Below are positions 1-12,629 of a stretch of DNA of 64,000 nucleotides, one piece after another (the first letter of the stretch is position 1; each line of letters starts with the position of its first letter). The DNA comes from Hemiscyllium ocellatum (taxonomy: Eukaryota). The stretch spans positions 46,996,001-47,060,000 of the forward strand of contig NC_083417.1 in assembly GCF_020745735.1 (NCBI RefSeq). The letters run 5' to 3'. The notes below the pieces were generated by a model that worked only from the letters and a program-made list of their open reading frames with translations, did no database searches and was not told where the DNA came from. The translations under genes and the position numbers were made by a program.

Positions 1-447
1 TGTCTTAAAAATGAGCACTCTGCAGTAAAGTTTGGACTGCAATGCATATATCAGAATCTTATGTACCAATCCAAGGTGTAGTGCAATGCAGTCTGACAGG
101 ATTTAATCTGAGGCATCTCAATACAGTAAATAAGCACAAACAAAAAAAGAAAACATTAATTGAAGTATCTTGTACTGTAAAAGATCTGAAGTTTGTCAGA
201 ATAGAATATTTAACAACTCTAATTGTAGGTAACTTGTCTATGGTGTAAACTTGTTAAAAGACCTTTCTCGGTACATTATGTCCAAGTAAGTTAAAACCAA
301 CTTATTTCTTCAAGTTCACGTGTTAATTAATTCCATTAATGAAAATCTGCTTTCACATTAAAAATAAATTATTTTTGTACATTTAATAACAATGAGCTTC
401 AGATAATGTTTTTTAGTCCATCCTTATTATGACTGTCTAAAAATATG

Positions 448-661
448 GGTGAAAGTGAGGACAGAAAATGCTGGAGATCAGAGTCAAAATTAGAGGGGTG
501 CTGGAAAAGCACAGTAGGTCAGGCAGCACCTGAGGAGCAGGAAAATCGACCTTTTGGGCAAAAACCCTTCATCAAGAATGGTGAAGGGCAAAAGCATCGA
601 TTTTCCTGCTCTTCGGATGCTGCATGACCTGCTGTGCTTTTCCAGCCCCACTCTAGTCTTA
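448..661. mobile_element. Fold-back mini-element from Penelope-like terminal repeat (family A), degenerate hammerhead
   Basis: Inverted arms (gctggaaaagcacag..aggtcaggcagca / tgctgcatgacctgctgtgcttttccagc). TSD tctaaaaat(a/g)tg at 436-447 and 662-673. Confidence 0.8.
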
Positions 662-1180
662 TCTAAAAATGTGAACTACTGAGGCAATTTCCTATTCTAG
701 TTTAATGTTATTCAATCAATATAATGAATGAACTACAAAGATGATCAAAAATGTGCTTAATGATGAGTATAATTTGGTTTACTGATTCATGTTGTTAAAA
801 GAATGTGGAGCAGTTCCAAATAATTATATAACATTTCAACAATCATTTTAAAAAGGGTTTTCAGATCACTCATAAAAGGTGCTTGCTGTAAAGGAATAAT
901 TTAATAGAATTAATGAGAGTGAAAAGATTGCGGGGTCTATCATTTACCAAAGCTTAAATCCAGTGCTGATATTTTCGGTTTACAAGGTTTTTTTAAAAAT
1001 TCTATAAAATATCATGTAGATTTAAAAACTGTACACCTTTGTTCCCAACAGGTGGCTAAATGAAACAGTTTTAAACTGGAAATTAATATTCGCTTCTGTC
1101 ATAAATGGTTCATATGCAAGCCTTAGAGACATCACATTCAGATACCCCATGTAACCTATTTTAACGTCTAATGTCATTAC

Positions 1181-1367
1181 CATTGCTGTGATTGTAATAA
1201 ATCCATTGTCCATTGTATGGCTTTGGAAGAGACATTGGCGTTTCCTCAGCTGGCAAATTGTAGAACCTGTATTCAACAAACAATCGTTGAATAGTTTCAT
1301 CCTTCAGGATTTGAGTATCTTCGTTCAGAGTGAGAGATACAATCTCAATCCGGATCTTTTCTGATGG
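1181..1367 (-). CDS. RPGRIP1L: RPGRIP1L exon, start of RPGR-interacting/C-terminal C2 domain ([62 protein letters not shown]-)
   Basis: aaaacttacag|CCA ... AATG|gtaatg, 187 bp. Near-identical to RPGRIP1[10 protein letters not shown] / TIQRLFVE / LPAEETP.SLPKP / GQW.YYN. Confidence 0.96.
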
Positions 1368-2029
1368 CTGTAAGTTTTTAAAACATAAAAGATGAAGTAG
1401 GTTACAAAGTTATCGAAATTTCAGTGAGTGGGTGTCTCATCCTGTAAAATGACTTGAGGCATTCTAGTGAAAAGTTAATTTTCTACTTATTACCTTTAGG
1501 ACCCATGAAATGTACATTAAACCAAGAATCTTCTTCTTTCATTATGTATTTTCAGGTACTTTTACAGCAAACCTAAATCTGAATATTTCAAGAAGTCTGT
1601 TTTATTATTCAGTAGATTCATGGAAATTTTACAAAGATGACAAGAAAATTACGCACTATTCTGTCTCTGTTAATACAGGTACAAGGCTTCATCTGGAAAT
1701 ATTACTAGGATTAGCATGACATGATGAAATATTTAGTGGATTTTTTTTTCTTTAAACCTAATAAATCAAATGACTGCCAAGTGTCATTAAAGTGATGGCC
1801 TTTGAGTTGAATAAGCTTTTCATATTCAAATTAGAAATAAAAAAAGACATAGAAGCAATGAAAGGTTTAGCAAATAACCCAAATAATCCAGAGCTCAGCT
1901 ACTAAGAATGATAGTGGTGTTAAATTTTATCCTAATAACATATTTATACATAGTAATCCATTTAGCCACTAGGTTAGTCTGACATGACAATTTGTTGGCA
2001 AGAAAAATAAGAACAAGTGTAAAAAAGAA

Positions 2030-2430
2030 CTATCATTACTTTGACCATCCAAAGCCAGTGGAATACTTTTCAAGTGTAGCCTCTTAAGATTTAAGGAAAT
2101 AAAGAAACTAAATTACACAGAGGAGGATCCGTAAACAGTAGGTAGACAACTACTAGATAGTCTGTTTTTGTAATGCTGGAGGAGGGACAAATACGGGTCA
2201 GGCTATCAAGAGAATTGCCTTGCTTTTCTTTGAATAATACCATGGAAATGATTATATAAACTGGAATGGGATGATGGGGTTGAGCTTTAATTTCTTCTCC
2301 AAAAGCTGGCATCTCTGACAGTGAGCAATCTTTCGGCACCCCATATATGTGTTAGCATGCCATTCTACGATTTGTAGTTTGAACCCACGAATGTCAGGTT
2401 CAAACAAGAGAACTGCGTTGAGACTGACAT
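2030..2430 (-). mobile_element. Old Deu-domain SINE (SacSINE1/AmnSINE1-like)
   Basis: Reverse strand reads ccatggtattattcaaagaaaagcaagg...acagactatct...ctacacttgaaaagtattccactggct, resembling the DeuSINE core and tail. Confidence 0.6.
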
Positions 2431-2561
2431 CAAAAAAACCTAACAAAAAGAAGTCGAAGATAATTCAGCACAATAAAAATATTACTTCAAAGTTTGTGAG
2501 AAGATTTGTAGCTCGGGTGCTCGTTGTTGTGGTTCTGTTCGCCGAGCTGGGAGTTTTTGTT

Positions 2562-2601
2562 GCAAACGTTTCGTCCCCTGTCTAGATGACATCTTCAGTG
2601 C
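2562..2601 (-). ncRNA. Minimal type-I hammerhead ribozyme motif
   Basis: GCA-CUGAAGA-U-GUCAUCU agac AGGGGAC-GAAA-CG-UU-UGC. Core intact, stem I GCA/UGC. Confidence 0.75.
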
Positions 2602-2899
2602 TTGGGAGCCTCCTGTGAAGCGCTTCTGTGCTGATTCCTCCGGCATGTATACAGGTTTGAATCTGCCGCTTCCGGTTGTCAGTTGCTGTCCGCTGCAGTG
2701 GTCGGTATATAGGGTCTAGTTCGGTATATAGGGCCTATGGCATGGCACTCATCCACAAATTCTATCAACAGACACATCGAACTAGACCCTATATACCGAC
2801 CACTGCAGCGGACAGCAACTGACAACCGGAAGCGGCAGATTCAAACCAGTATAAATGCCGGAGAAATCAGCACAGAAGCGCTTCACAGGAGGCTCCCAA

Positions 2900-2939
2900 G
2901 CACTGAAGATGTCACCTAGAAAGGGGACGAAACGTTTGC
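2900..2939 (+). ncRNA. Minimal type-I hammerhead ribozyme motif
   Basis: GCA-CUGAAGA-U-GUCACCU agaa AGGGGAC-GAAA-CG-UU-UGC. Core intact. Confidence 0.75.
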
Positions 2940-4360
2940 AACAAAAACTCCCAGCTCGGCGAACAGAACCACAACAAAAATATTACTATAATACAACTTA
3001 TAAAAGTCTATGACTACTTTTTAGAATATTCTTGTTGATTTTTACACTTAAGGAAATATGTGCCTAACAACAGAAATCCATGGCAATGCAAATGAACCTC
3101 CAAACCAGGATTCAGCACACAAAATTTGTTAAGTTTCTCATTGCAAATATGATCAGATTCATCTATTTGCATATTGGTTTCTAGTGTATTCACCAGCTGT
3201 GTGGAATGAACCCCAGCCATCAGTATCAGATGTATACTATTTTAGCCCTCTTTATTGAGCTAAGCTGTTTGATCCATTACCAACAGTATCCTGAAGGGTC
3301 ATGTGGTCATTGGCTGAAGAAGGCCTTGATTCAAGACCTACCTGTTCCAGAGGTGTGTCACAAAATATCTAAACAATTGACTGAAAAATATTAAGTGTCC
3401 TGCTGTACTCTGTACATGCCTAACACAGACATTCAGGCTGTGGTGGTAACTGATTCATAGCACTGCAAAAAAGTAAAAACACAGAATTAGGTCATGAGCC
3501 CAAGCAGTGCTCAATGGTATCTATCCTCTTTGTGCAATGTAGTTCCAATTGGCTTTATCTAGCCTGTTCACATATCCACTTAAACTTTATGCAGCTGTCC
3601 AATCTAAATTTGAATGCTGACATAATTTCTGCCTTAAAGAGCAACTTTTGAAGTGAATGCTACAGCATCACAATTCATTGTGTAAAACTGTTTCTCTTTA
3701 TATCCCAAATCTTTGGTTTAATATTGTACCTATGGCCTGTCATTCTAGATGCATCACCTACTTGAGCCAGAAATTGTGTTGCACCACTTGTAAAGCCTCT
3801 ACATACTTCTTTATATAAAAAAAATTATATATACACGAATCCCAAAATTGCACATAGATCAGGTATAGGGAAACACAGCACTGTTAGATACACAACAGCA
3901 CTTACACTGGAGTGTCAGCAAAGATAATACTGAAGCATTTGCCACCATATTCTTTCAGAAGACGTAAGTCAATGATTATCTTGACGTCCACTTGCGGTTC
4001 ACAACTATATTCTTGCCAGTTCAGTTCATTCCACTTGATATTAATAAGCAAATTCCCAGTTGCAGTAATGAACACTGGTTCTCTGGAACTAGATGTGGCC
4101 ATAGTCAAACTTTTAAAGTTGAGTTACAACACTGGGCATCCATTTAAAATGTGGAAAATTACTTGGGTCCTTAAAAAGCCAATTACTACTTGTCAGCATT
4201 CAAGGGAAAGACAAATGACACAGCGGTATCATCAGTGGAGTTGCATCCCTGAGGCCTCATCTGGTTCACTAATGTTCTATAGGGAGGAAATCTGACAACT
4301 TTACCCGGTATAGGACTCCAGGTTCACAGCAATGTTTGAAACTCAACCTCTCACAAGGAA

Positions 4361-4562
4361 TGAAGAGTGTGGTGCTGAAAAGCACAGCTGGTCAGGCAGC
4401 ATCCGAGGAGCAAGAGATTCGATGTTTCGAGCATAAGCCCTTCATCAGGAATGAGCTCATATTGATTCTCCTGCTCCTCGGATGCTGCCTGACCGGCTTT
4501 ACTTTTCCAGCGCCACACTCTTTGACTCTGTTCTCCAGCATCTGCAGTCCTCACTTTCTCCT
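4361..4562. mobile_element. Fold-back Penelope-derived mini-element (family A)
   Basis: Inverted arms. TSD tctca(c/a)aaggaa at 4349-4360 and 4563-4574. Hammerhead motif on the minus strand at about 4416-4452 with stem III CG>CA. Confidence 0.8.
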
Positions 4563-4675
4563 TCTCAAAAGGAACGTTGATTCAATTTTAAAGAAGTCTA
4601 CTCTGAGTTATCAGCAAAGTGACAAAGTGCTGTTAACTGCACTATCAACCACATACTCAGTCTGGAATACACCAG

Positions 4676-4913
4676 TCTTCTTCCTGACCTCTCCGCCCCC
4701 ACCCCAGACCGGCCTATCACCCTCACCTTGACCTCCTTCCACCTATCCCACCTCCATCGCCCCTCCCCCAAGTCCCTCCTCCCTACCTTTTATCTTAGCC
4801 TGCTTGGCTACTCTCTCTCATTCCTGATGAAGGGCTTATGCTCGAAACGTCGAATTCTCTATTCCTGAGATGCTGCCTGGCCTGCTGTGCTTTGACCAGC
4901 AACACATTTTCAG
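4676..4913 (+). mobile_element. Young 5'-truncated Penelope-like 3' terminus with intact hammerhead
   Basis: Perfect 14-bp TSD ctggaatacaccag at 4662-4675 and 4914-4927. C-rich UTR followed by the family A terminal repeat. Confidence 0.88.
4820..4855 (+). ncRNA. Minimal type-I hammerhead ribozyme motif (intact)
   Basis: AUUC-CUGAUGA-A-GGGC uuau GCUC-GAAA-CG-UC^GAAU. Four-bp stem I, four-bp stem II, palindromic ACGU stem III, predicted cleavage after 4851. Confidence 0.82.
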
Positions 4914-5269
4914 CTGGAATACACCAGGGCCATTCAGCTCCAGAATGTCCAAACTGATCCAAACAAGAACAAATGAGCTGAATTAGTGAAGTGACATGAA
5001 AGAGAGAGACCCAACGGCGAGGCAACATTTGACTGAGTGTTGCATCAAGGATTTCCGAAAGATATAAATAAGAATCAGGCAGAAAACTCGCCACTTGTTG
5101 AAGTCAAACCAAACAGAAAGGCAGTTATAGTTACTGGAGACCAATCATCTCTTACCCATGACAAGTTACTTAGGACAGTGTCCTCAGCTCAACCATCTTT
5201 AGTTGTGTCAATAATAACTTCTCCAACATGAGGTCAAAACTGAGGATGTTCCTGCTTACTGCACTTTTT

Positions 5270-5730
5270 AAAGCACCGTTTGGAGGAGACCATTCAGTTC
5301 ATTATGCCCATGCTGACTCTCTGTAGGAGCAAATCACCTTTACTATAAATTTTTCAAATATTTTTCTTTATAGGGAATGGTTGAATTTCCTTTTGAATGC
5401 CATGATGGGACCAGCCTTCATAACACTCTCAGGCAAAGCATCCACAGCTTAATAGCTTGCTGTGAAGTAAAGGTTTTCCTTCTGTCAGCTCATTCACTAT
5501 CTTGCCAATTATCTTAAACCTGCACCCACTAGCTCTCTATCCTTCCACTATAGCAACAGTTTCTTTTGTCTGACCTACAGAATTTCCATTATAATTTTGA
5601 ATACCTCAATCAAATCTTCTTTTAACATTTCTTCTCCAAGTCTCAGTTTCTCTTATCCATCTATGTAGCTTAATAATATCATCAGTAGAACCACTGTAGA
5701 AAGATGTAGTCTGCACTCATTTTAATGAAT
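5270..5730 (-). mobile_element. Degenerate CR1 LINE 3' fragment
   Basis: Reverse-strand similarity to the CR1 ORF2 end and 3'UTR seen elsewhere in the window. Confidence 0.55.
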
Positions 5731-6794
5731 ATTAATGTTTTATTCATGTAACTATTTACAAGGCATGGGGAAGACACCACTTCCTGATGGAATTCCAGAA
5801 AGGTCCTTCTTTATAACTGGAGTCTGTGCCTGCAAGGGTACAGAAACATGTTTTCTCCTGCCACATGAGGGGATAAAGTTCCGGAACAGAATCTATAAGA
5901 CTTTCCTGCTTTGTACTGTAGATGGCACACCGGATGGCCAAGTGGGTGATTTCTCCATCTGTTTCTAAGCCTTTCCTCGTGCTCATTCTCTTTCCATAAC
6001 AGATCTCCATCCTTCACAATGTCTTGCTTCTCTTTGATAGTCTGGTGTGAACTGAGATGAAGAGTTTTGATCTCTCTGTCAACAGTGACCTTTTTAAACT
6101 GGCAAGCATCACTTAAGCATTGCAGGTGAAAGTTTGTCTCAATGAACAAATCACAGTACTTACTTAGTTTTGATCTTGTTGTGACAGAGAGACATTTTTG
6201 CTCCAATGTATGTATCGCTGATGTGTCAGTTGGTTAAAAATGCTGCTGGACTGTAGAGGATTTCTAAAACCTGCTATAGTCTATTGTTCTTTAGCTTCCA
6301 AGGCTGGGTTGGTGGTGCCAGTGTAGCTGTGGAAGATGGACTGTTCCACATATCCTACGAAGGGGCAGGCATATAGCTGATGATAGTTTAGATTTTAGTT
6401 GAGCAGTCTCTGTAGTTAATAAGGTTGCTGCAATTCTTTGATCCATTTGAGTTCTTTTCCATTTTCAACCTTAATCTTCACCACAGTCTTCTATTTCTCT
6501 AGAAATTCCGTAGTTTGGTTGTTGTTGCTTTCTCCTAAGAGAAATTTTCAGTGCTTCCCTAAGTTGCTGATAGGTTTCAGCAGTGGACTGTTGATGGCTT
6601 TACTGTACAGGAACAATTTTTGAACTTTCAACATGAGCATAATCCGATCTGGGTTGAAATCTCCCTTTTATGCTGGAATGCCTTTCCTGAGTTACTGAGG
6701 CGAACTATTACATCTCCCAAGAACAATGTCTCTTCATTCTTTGTAACATCTACCTCTTAGGCAGCTGCAGACTGAGTGATCCATTTTTAAATCT

Positions 6795-6917
6795 CTGTTT
6801 TGGGCTTTTTCCTGAAATGTCAATTTTACTGCTCCTCAGATGCTGCCTGAACTGCTGTGCTTTTCCAGCACCTCTAATTCAGAATCTGGTTTCCAGCATC
6901 TGCAGTCATTGTTTTTA
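6795..6917 (+). mobile_element. Penelope-derived terminal repeat fragment (family A)
   Basis: cctgaaatgtcaattttactgctcctcagatgctgcctg...ccagcatctgcagtc, flanked by ccatttt(t/a)aaatct repeats. Confidence 0.7.
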
Positions 6918-7176
6918 CCATTTTAAAATCTGTCTTGCTTGTGAATTGAAACTTCCCAATGCTGCTTCAGCAAACAACTGGGTATTAATGACTGGGCATA
7001 TCTGGTGCTAATGTGAGTTTTCCCACCATACATGATGGAACAGTAATGGCTGGAGATGCACCCTCTACTTTTAATGAGTTCTATTTTTCCAATTTCTTAA
7101 TTGGTCTCAGATTAATAAAGTGGACCAAGTCAAAGTCAGTGGGCTCACTCCAGGTTAGTCCTCTATACCATCAGAT

Positions 7177-8788
7177 GTTCAGATTACAGAGGAGGAAGTG
7201 CTGGATGCCTTGAAATGGTTAAAGGTGGATAAATCCCCAGGACCTGATCAGGTGTACCGAGAACTCTGTGGGAAGCTAGAGAAGTGATTGCTGGGCTTCT
7301 TGCTGAGATATTTGCATCATCGATAGTCACAGGTGAGGTGCCAGAAGGCTGGAGGTTGGCAAACGTGGTGCCACTGTTTCAGAAGGGCAGTTTTGACAAG
7401 CCAGGGAACTATAGACTGGTGAGCCTGACCTCGGTGGTGAGCAAGTTGTTGGAGGGAATCCTGACGGACAGGATGTACATGTATTTAGAAAAGCAAGGAC
7501 TTATTCGGAATAGTCAACATGGCTTTGTGCATGGGAAATCATGACTCACAAACTTGATTGAGTTTTTTGAAGAAGTAACAAAGAAGATTGATGAGGGCAG
7601 AGCAGTAGATGTGATCTATATGGACTTCAGTAAGGCGTTGGATAAGGTTCCCCATGAGAGACTGATTAGCAAGGTTAGATCTCATGGAATACAGGGAGAA
7701 CTAGCCATTTGGATACAGAACTGGCTCAAAGGTAGAAGACAGAGGGTGGTGGTGAGGGTTGTTTTTTAGACTGGATGCCTGTGACCAGTGGAGTGCCACA
7801 AGGATCGGTGCTGGGCCCTCTACTCTTTGTCTTTACATAAATAATTTGGATGCGAGCATAAGAGGTACAGTTAGTAAGTTTGCAGATGACACCAAAATTG
7901 GAGATGTAGTGGACAGCGGAGAGGGTTACCTCAGATTACATCAGGATCTGGACCAGATGGGCCAATGGGCTGAGAAGTGGCAGATGGAGTTTAATTCTTT
8001 TAAATGCGAGGTGCTGCATTTTGGGAAAGCAAATCTTAGCAGGATTTATACACTTAATGGTAAGATCCTAGGGAGTGTTGCTGAACAAAGAGACCTTGGA
8101 GTGCAGGTTCATAGCTCCTTGAAAGTGGAGTCGCAGGTAGATATGATAGTGAAGAAGGCACTTGGTATGCTTTCCTTTATTGGTCAGAGTATTGAGTACA
8201 GGAATTGGGAGGTCATGTTGCGGCTATACAGGACATTGGTTAGCCACTGTTGGAATATTGCGTGCAATTCTGGTCTCCTTCCTATTGGAAAGATGTTGTG
8301 AAACTTGAAAGGGTTCAGAAAAGATTTACAAAGATGTTGTCAGGGTTGGAGGGTCTGCACTACAGGGAGAGGCTGAACAGACTGGGGCTGATTTCCCTGG
8401 AGCGTCAGAGGCTGAGGGGTGACCTTATAGATGTTTACAAAATTATGAGGGGTATAGACAGGATAAATAGACAAAGTCTTTTCCCTGGGGTTGGGGAGTC
8501 CAGAACTAGAGGGCATAGGTTTAGGGTGAGAGGGGAAAGATATAAAAGAGACCTAAGGAGCAACGTTTTCACATAGAAGGTGTACATGTATGGAATGAGC
8601 TGCCAGAGGATGTGGTGGAGGCTGGTACAATTGCAACATTTAAGAGGCATTTGGATGGGTATATGAATAGGAAGGGTTTGGAGGAATATGGGCGGGTGCT
8701 AGCAGGTGGGACTAGATTGGGTTAGGATATCTGATCGGGTTGGACCGAAGGGTCTTTTTCCATGCTGTACATTTCTATGACTCTATGA
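7177..8788 (+). mobile_element. CR1 (HER1-like) LINE, 5'-truncated, ORF2 RT with stops and frameshifts
   Basis: GNYRLVSLTSVV, VDVIYMDFSKA, SKFADDTK, EYCVQFWSP motifs, tail ctatgactctatga. Confidence 0.95.
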
Positions 8789-9864
8789 GAAGTCTGTTAT
8801 GCTTGTGAATTTCACCCTGTCTGGTGAACTGCACTGCTACATAAGGTCTTCTTTAAACTAAAATGTCTGAAAGGGCTTTGGAATGTCTCACATATATTTC
8901 TTCTTTCAAGTACTATTTTGGTAATTGTCCACCAGATAGTATGAACCATTTATAAAGCTGACAATGGTTTCCCTGTATGGTCATTCTTTGCTTAGTTTGT
9001 AAGATGTTTCATTTTAAACGGAAATAAGAGTTGAAAACTTTAATTATCTTTTCAAATGTTGCAGCTTCCTTCTCTGTAGTTCGTCTGGCAACAATTGCAT
9101 ATCACAATGCGCTGGCCTGGTCTTTGTTGGGTTTTGCATTGAGGCTTGAAGCTGTTTGGTATCTGCGAGCTGCTGGCGCCATTATACCCAATGGTTAAGG
9201 TTTCTCTGCATTTTCTACATAGTCTATCCTTGGAATATTTCTTATATGGGTGATGGCAATCAAATACTCCCTTTTATTCTTGTACATTTTTAGCTTTAGC
9301 TCTCTGCAGTCTCTAGTTGGTGAGGGTGGGGGGGGGGTTCTCTTTTGTAATGTTCTGCCTTTCCATATATTTTTTGTCAACAGAAATTCACTACTCACTG
9401 TAAATTATTCTTCCATTTCTCATTGCTTCTATTTGCTGTGTTCTCCTTTACTGTATTATTCCTGACCACAGCAGTCATTGCCCCTTTACCCCCATTATCA
9501 TTCCCTTTCACAGTATGTGAAACACTATTCTCCCCATCACCACAAATAATGACTACAAGTGTCACCTGACCCACAGAATTGGTCAAGTTTCATGAAACCA
9601 GCATGGATTAAACAAGAGCTACTTGGAGCAGAAATTAACACTTTCCCCAAGGGCGACAAATGAGTCAGCCAGTCTCTCAAGGAAATGTTAAAAGGTATTC
9701 ATCTTCTATTTGATTTACATTATTATGAAAATATCCACCTGTTGATATAAATATTATTAGCAAATATCAAGCCTGAAAATATTTAGGTCATTAGTATTTA
9801 CATCTGGAAGACCATTGGTCCTAATACTGACCGCTGGAGAATTCCTGCAAACCACAAACCATAA

Positions 9865-10510
9865 CAGGACAAGTTGATAAATTGGTTCAACACACATACA
9901 GGATTTTTGTTTTTATTAGCCAAGTCACAGACTTTAAAAGGTTATGCTGAAATTATTTAAAATGTTGGTTAGGCACAACTAGAGTCTTGTGCGCAGTTCT
10001 GGAATCCACATTCTGAGAAGGATGTGATAGCACTAGAGAAGGAGCAGAGGAGATTTACCAGATGTTGCCAGGACTGGAGAGCTTCAGTTATGAAGAGAGA
10101 CTGGGGTTGACTTCCTTGAATCAGAGAAGATTGAGAGAGGGTATGATTGAGAAACATAAAATTATGGGAGACATTGATCAGGTAGCCAGGAAGAAACTTT
10201 CCCCCTTGATGGAGGGATCAATGACGGGGCACATAGATTTATGATAAGGAATTAGAAGATGTCAAGAAATGTGAGGAAAATGCTTTTCAGCCAGAGGTGG
10301 CAATTTGGAACTCACTGCTTATAAAGGTGGCAGCGGCAGAAACCCTGATAATATTTAAGACATATTTGGATGCAGACTTGCAATGTCATGGCATAAAAGG
10401 CTATGAGCCAAGTGCTGGAAAATGGGATTAGAACAGTTAGATGGTTGTTTTGGCTGTTGTGGATGTGATGGATCAAAGAGCCTTTCTCTGTGTGGTAGAT
10501 CTCTACGATC
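9865..10510 (+). mobile_element. CR1 LINE 3' fragment
   Basis: CAQFWNP / RFTRCCQ(MLPGL) / RRLR motifs and CR1 3'UTR. Confidence 0.85.
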
Positions 10511-10658
10511 CATTAATCACTACTCTGTTTTCTGTCACTCAGCTAATTTCACATCCATGTTGCTACTGTCTCTTTTATCCCATGAGCTCTAATATTTTTC
10601 ATAGATCTGTTGTGTGGCAAGTCATCAGGTTTTGGAAGTCAATGTACATTATGTCAAT

Positions 10659-10851
10659 ATGAAACAAAGAACTGCGGATGCTGGAAATCTGAGAAACAAA
10701 ACAGAAATTACTTGAGAAACTCATTAGGTCTGGCAGCATCTGTGTAGAGAAAGAAGAATGAACTTTTCTGAAGAATGGTCGCTGGACTGGAAATGTTTCT
10801 GCTTTCTCGACACAGATGCTGTCAGACCTATGGAGTTTCTTCAGAAATTTA
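10659..10851. mobile_element. Fold-back PLE-derived mini-element (family C), degenerate hammerhead CUGAAGA...GAAA
   Basis: Arms aaactcattaggtctggcagcatctgtg / cacagatgctgtcagacctatggagttt. TSD tacattatgtcaat / tacattgtatcaat at 10645-10658 and 10852-10865. Confidence 0.75.
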
Positions 10852-11519
10852 TACATTGTATCAATGGTATTCTCAACCAAGTTATCTTAATACCACGTGC
10901 CTCTACCAAATCCCTGCTAACTTTGTTTAATGAACTCCCATCGTCCCAAGTGACTATTAATTTTGATCCAAATTTTGACCTAAATGATCATTTCTAAAAA
11001 TTCCCCACCATTCAGGTAAAGGAAACTGACCTGCAGTTCCTGCAAATCCTTTTTTAAAAATAAGAGTATAACATGTGCAATCCTTTGGCACTAGCCCTGT
11101 ATCTAAAGAGGATTATGAAAAATTATGGTCAATGTCCCTTCAAGGCAAGACATGGATCTACAAGCTCACAGGTAGATGCTAAGTGAGTGATTGCTAACAG
11201 AGCAAGTGAGAAGCCCTGAAATGCTGCTTGGCCCAACGCGTGAGCCGGATGCCTCATATGCACAAAGTATCCCTGTTGCAACATTTCCATGGTACTTGCC
11301 AGTATATCCAGCAAATCAAGTCTGTGCTTCCTAAGGAGCCTTCAAATGGATTGGAGAGGTGCAAGGAGCAATTAACAAAAGTCAGATCCTAATGTATGTT
11401 GGCAAGGGGTATATGTAGCTGGTGGCCATGGGCCATGGTGAACAGCTGCTTTTTGGTGTTGAGCAACATGGAGGCTGGTTTGTTTAGTACAATAGGAAGT
11501 TGAATATTAATGACATGAG

Positions 11520-11880
11520 ATTTTTCTTTTCATATTTGTTCACAGGATGATCACAAAATGAGGGCATCGCTATAATTTATTTCCCATCCCAAACTTGCCC
11601 ATATGGCAGTTAAGAGTCAACAACATTGCTGTGGGCCTGGAGTCATTTTTAGGCCAGACCAGGAAAGGATGACACTTTCCTAAAAAACATCAGTGAACGA
11701 GATGGGTTTTTTTTGAGAGTTGACAATAGATTCATAGTCATCATTAGATTCTTAATTTCAGATTTTTATCTTACACAAATTCCACCATCTGCTGTGGCAG
11801 GATTCAAACCTGGATCCCCAGAACATGACCTAGATCTCTGGATTAACCAGTGATAATAGCACTATACCATTACCTTCCCA
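11520..11880 (-). mobile_element. tRNA-derived SINE whose tail resembles the LINE at 20390-21340
   Basis: The minus strand starts gggaaggtaatggtatagtg (A-box-like), has ggtttgaatcc (B-box-like), and ends acagcaatgttgttgactcttaactgcc...gggaaataaat. Confidence 0.7.
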
Positions 11881-12629
11881 AGCTGTGGCATTAATAAGGC
11901 TTTTAATAAGCTTTGTGAGAAACTCACCTCGCCACTTGGCAAATGTATGAAGGTGCAGTAAGTTGCTATTGGTTTCAAGATTGACCTCATTGGACTTTTC
12001 ATCCAATACTGGCATAAATCCCACTGCAGCCCATATTGCTGAGGTCTATATAAGATTGCATCCATTGTGCTTTTGCAGAAATGATAAACTGAAGGCCCAA
12101 AAGCCAACTCAGATGGCTAAAGGTACAACAAAATTTAAAGAAAGCAAGAAAAATTTCCACAGTGTCCTGACCAATATGGAAAATAAATGAATTGGTCATT
12201 ACCACATTTTCTTTTGTAGAACCTGGCTCTTTGCAATTCCTGCTGAATTTTCTGTATTTAAACAGTGATTACATGTCAAAAGTACTTCACTGTCAGTGGC
12301 AGGCACAGATATCACAAGCTCCATTGATGCTCAAGGCCTCAGCTCCTGTCCGCAATCCCAGCCTCCAATCCGCAATCCCAGCCTCCAATCTTAGCACAGC
12401 AAGCCCCTGTACAACTGTGCCCAAGTTATTGGGCCCTGATGTACTCACTTCTGTTCTGGGCCCTGATGACCAGAAAATACTTCAAGATGTCCTGAGGTCA
12501 TGACGAGCATAAAATAAGCGCAAATTTTAAAAAATGTATATATTACACAGACAAACATGGCCAATTCTGTACATTAAGCCTGCTGCTCATTGCCCTACTG
12601 AGCAATTAAATCTATTGGTTAATAATCAT

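Larger units (their letters stand above)
2487..2975. mobile_element. Fold-back Penelope-like element (family B) with two hammerhead motifs and a GIY-YIG C-terminal stub
   Basis: About 200-bp near-identical inverted arms 2524-2723 / 2778-2977. TSD aaaaatattact at 2475-2486 and 2976-2987. The centre encodes AWHSSTNSINRHIELDPIY, a PLE ORF end. Confidence 0.9.
5740..9200 (-). mobile_element. Decayed Gypsy-type LTR retrotransposon internal region, interrupted by CR1 and PLE insertions
   Basis: Minus-strand remnants: gag-like RYQTASSLNAKPNKDQASAL / FEKIIKVFNSYF (about 9020-9165) and RT N-terminus-like KLEK...KVEGASP (about 7050-7095). Many stops and frameshifts. Confidence 0.5.

Noticed and set aside
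12350-12390. 20-bp tandem duplication ccgcaatcccagcctccaat x2
   Set aside because: Two copies with no spacers: ordinary slippage, not CRISPR-like.
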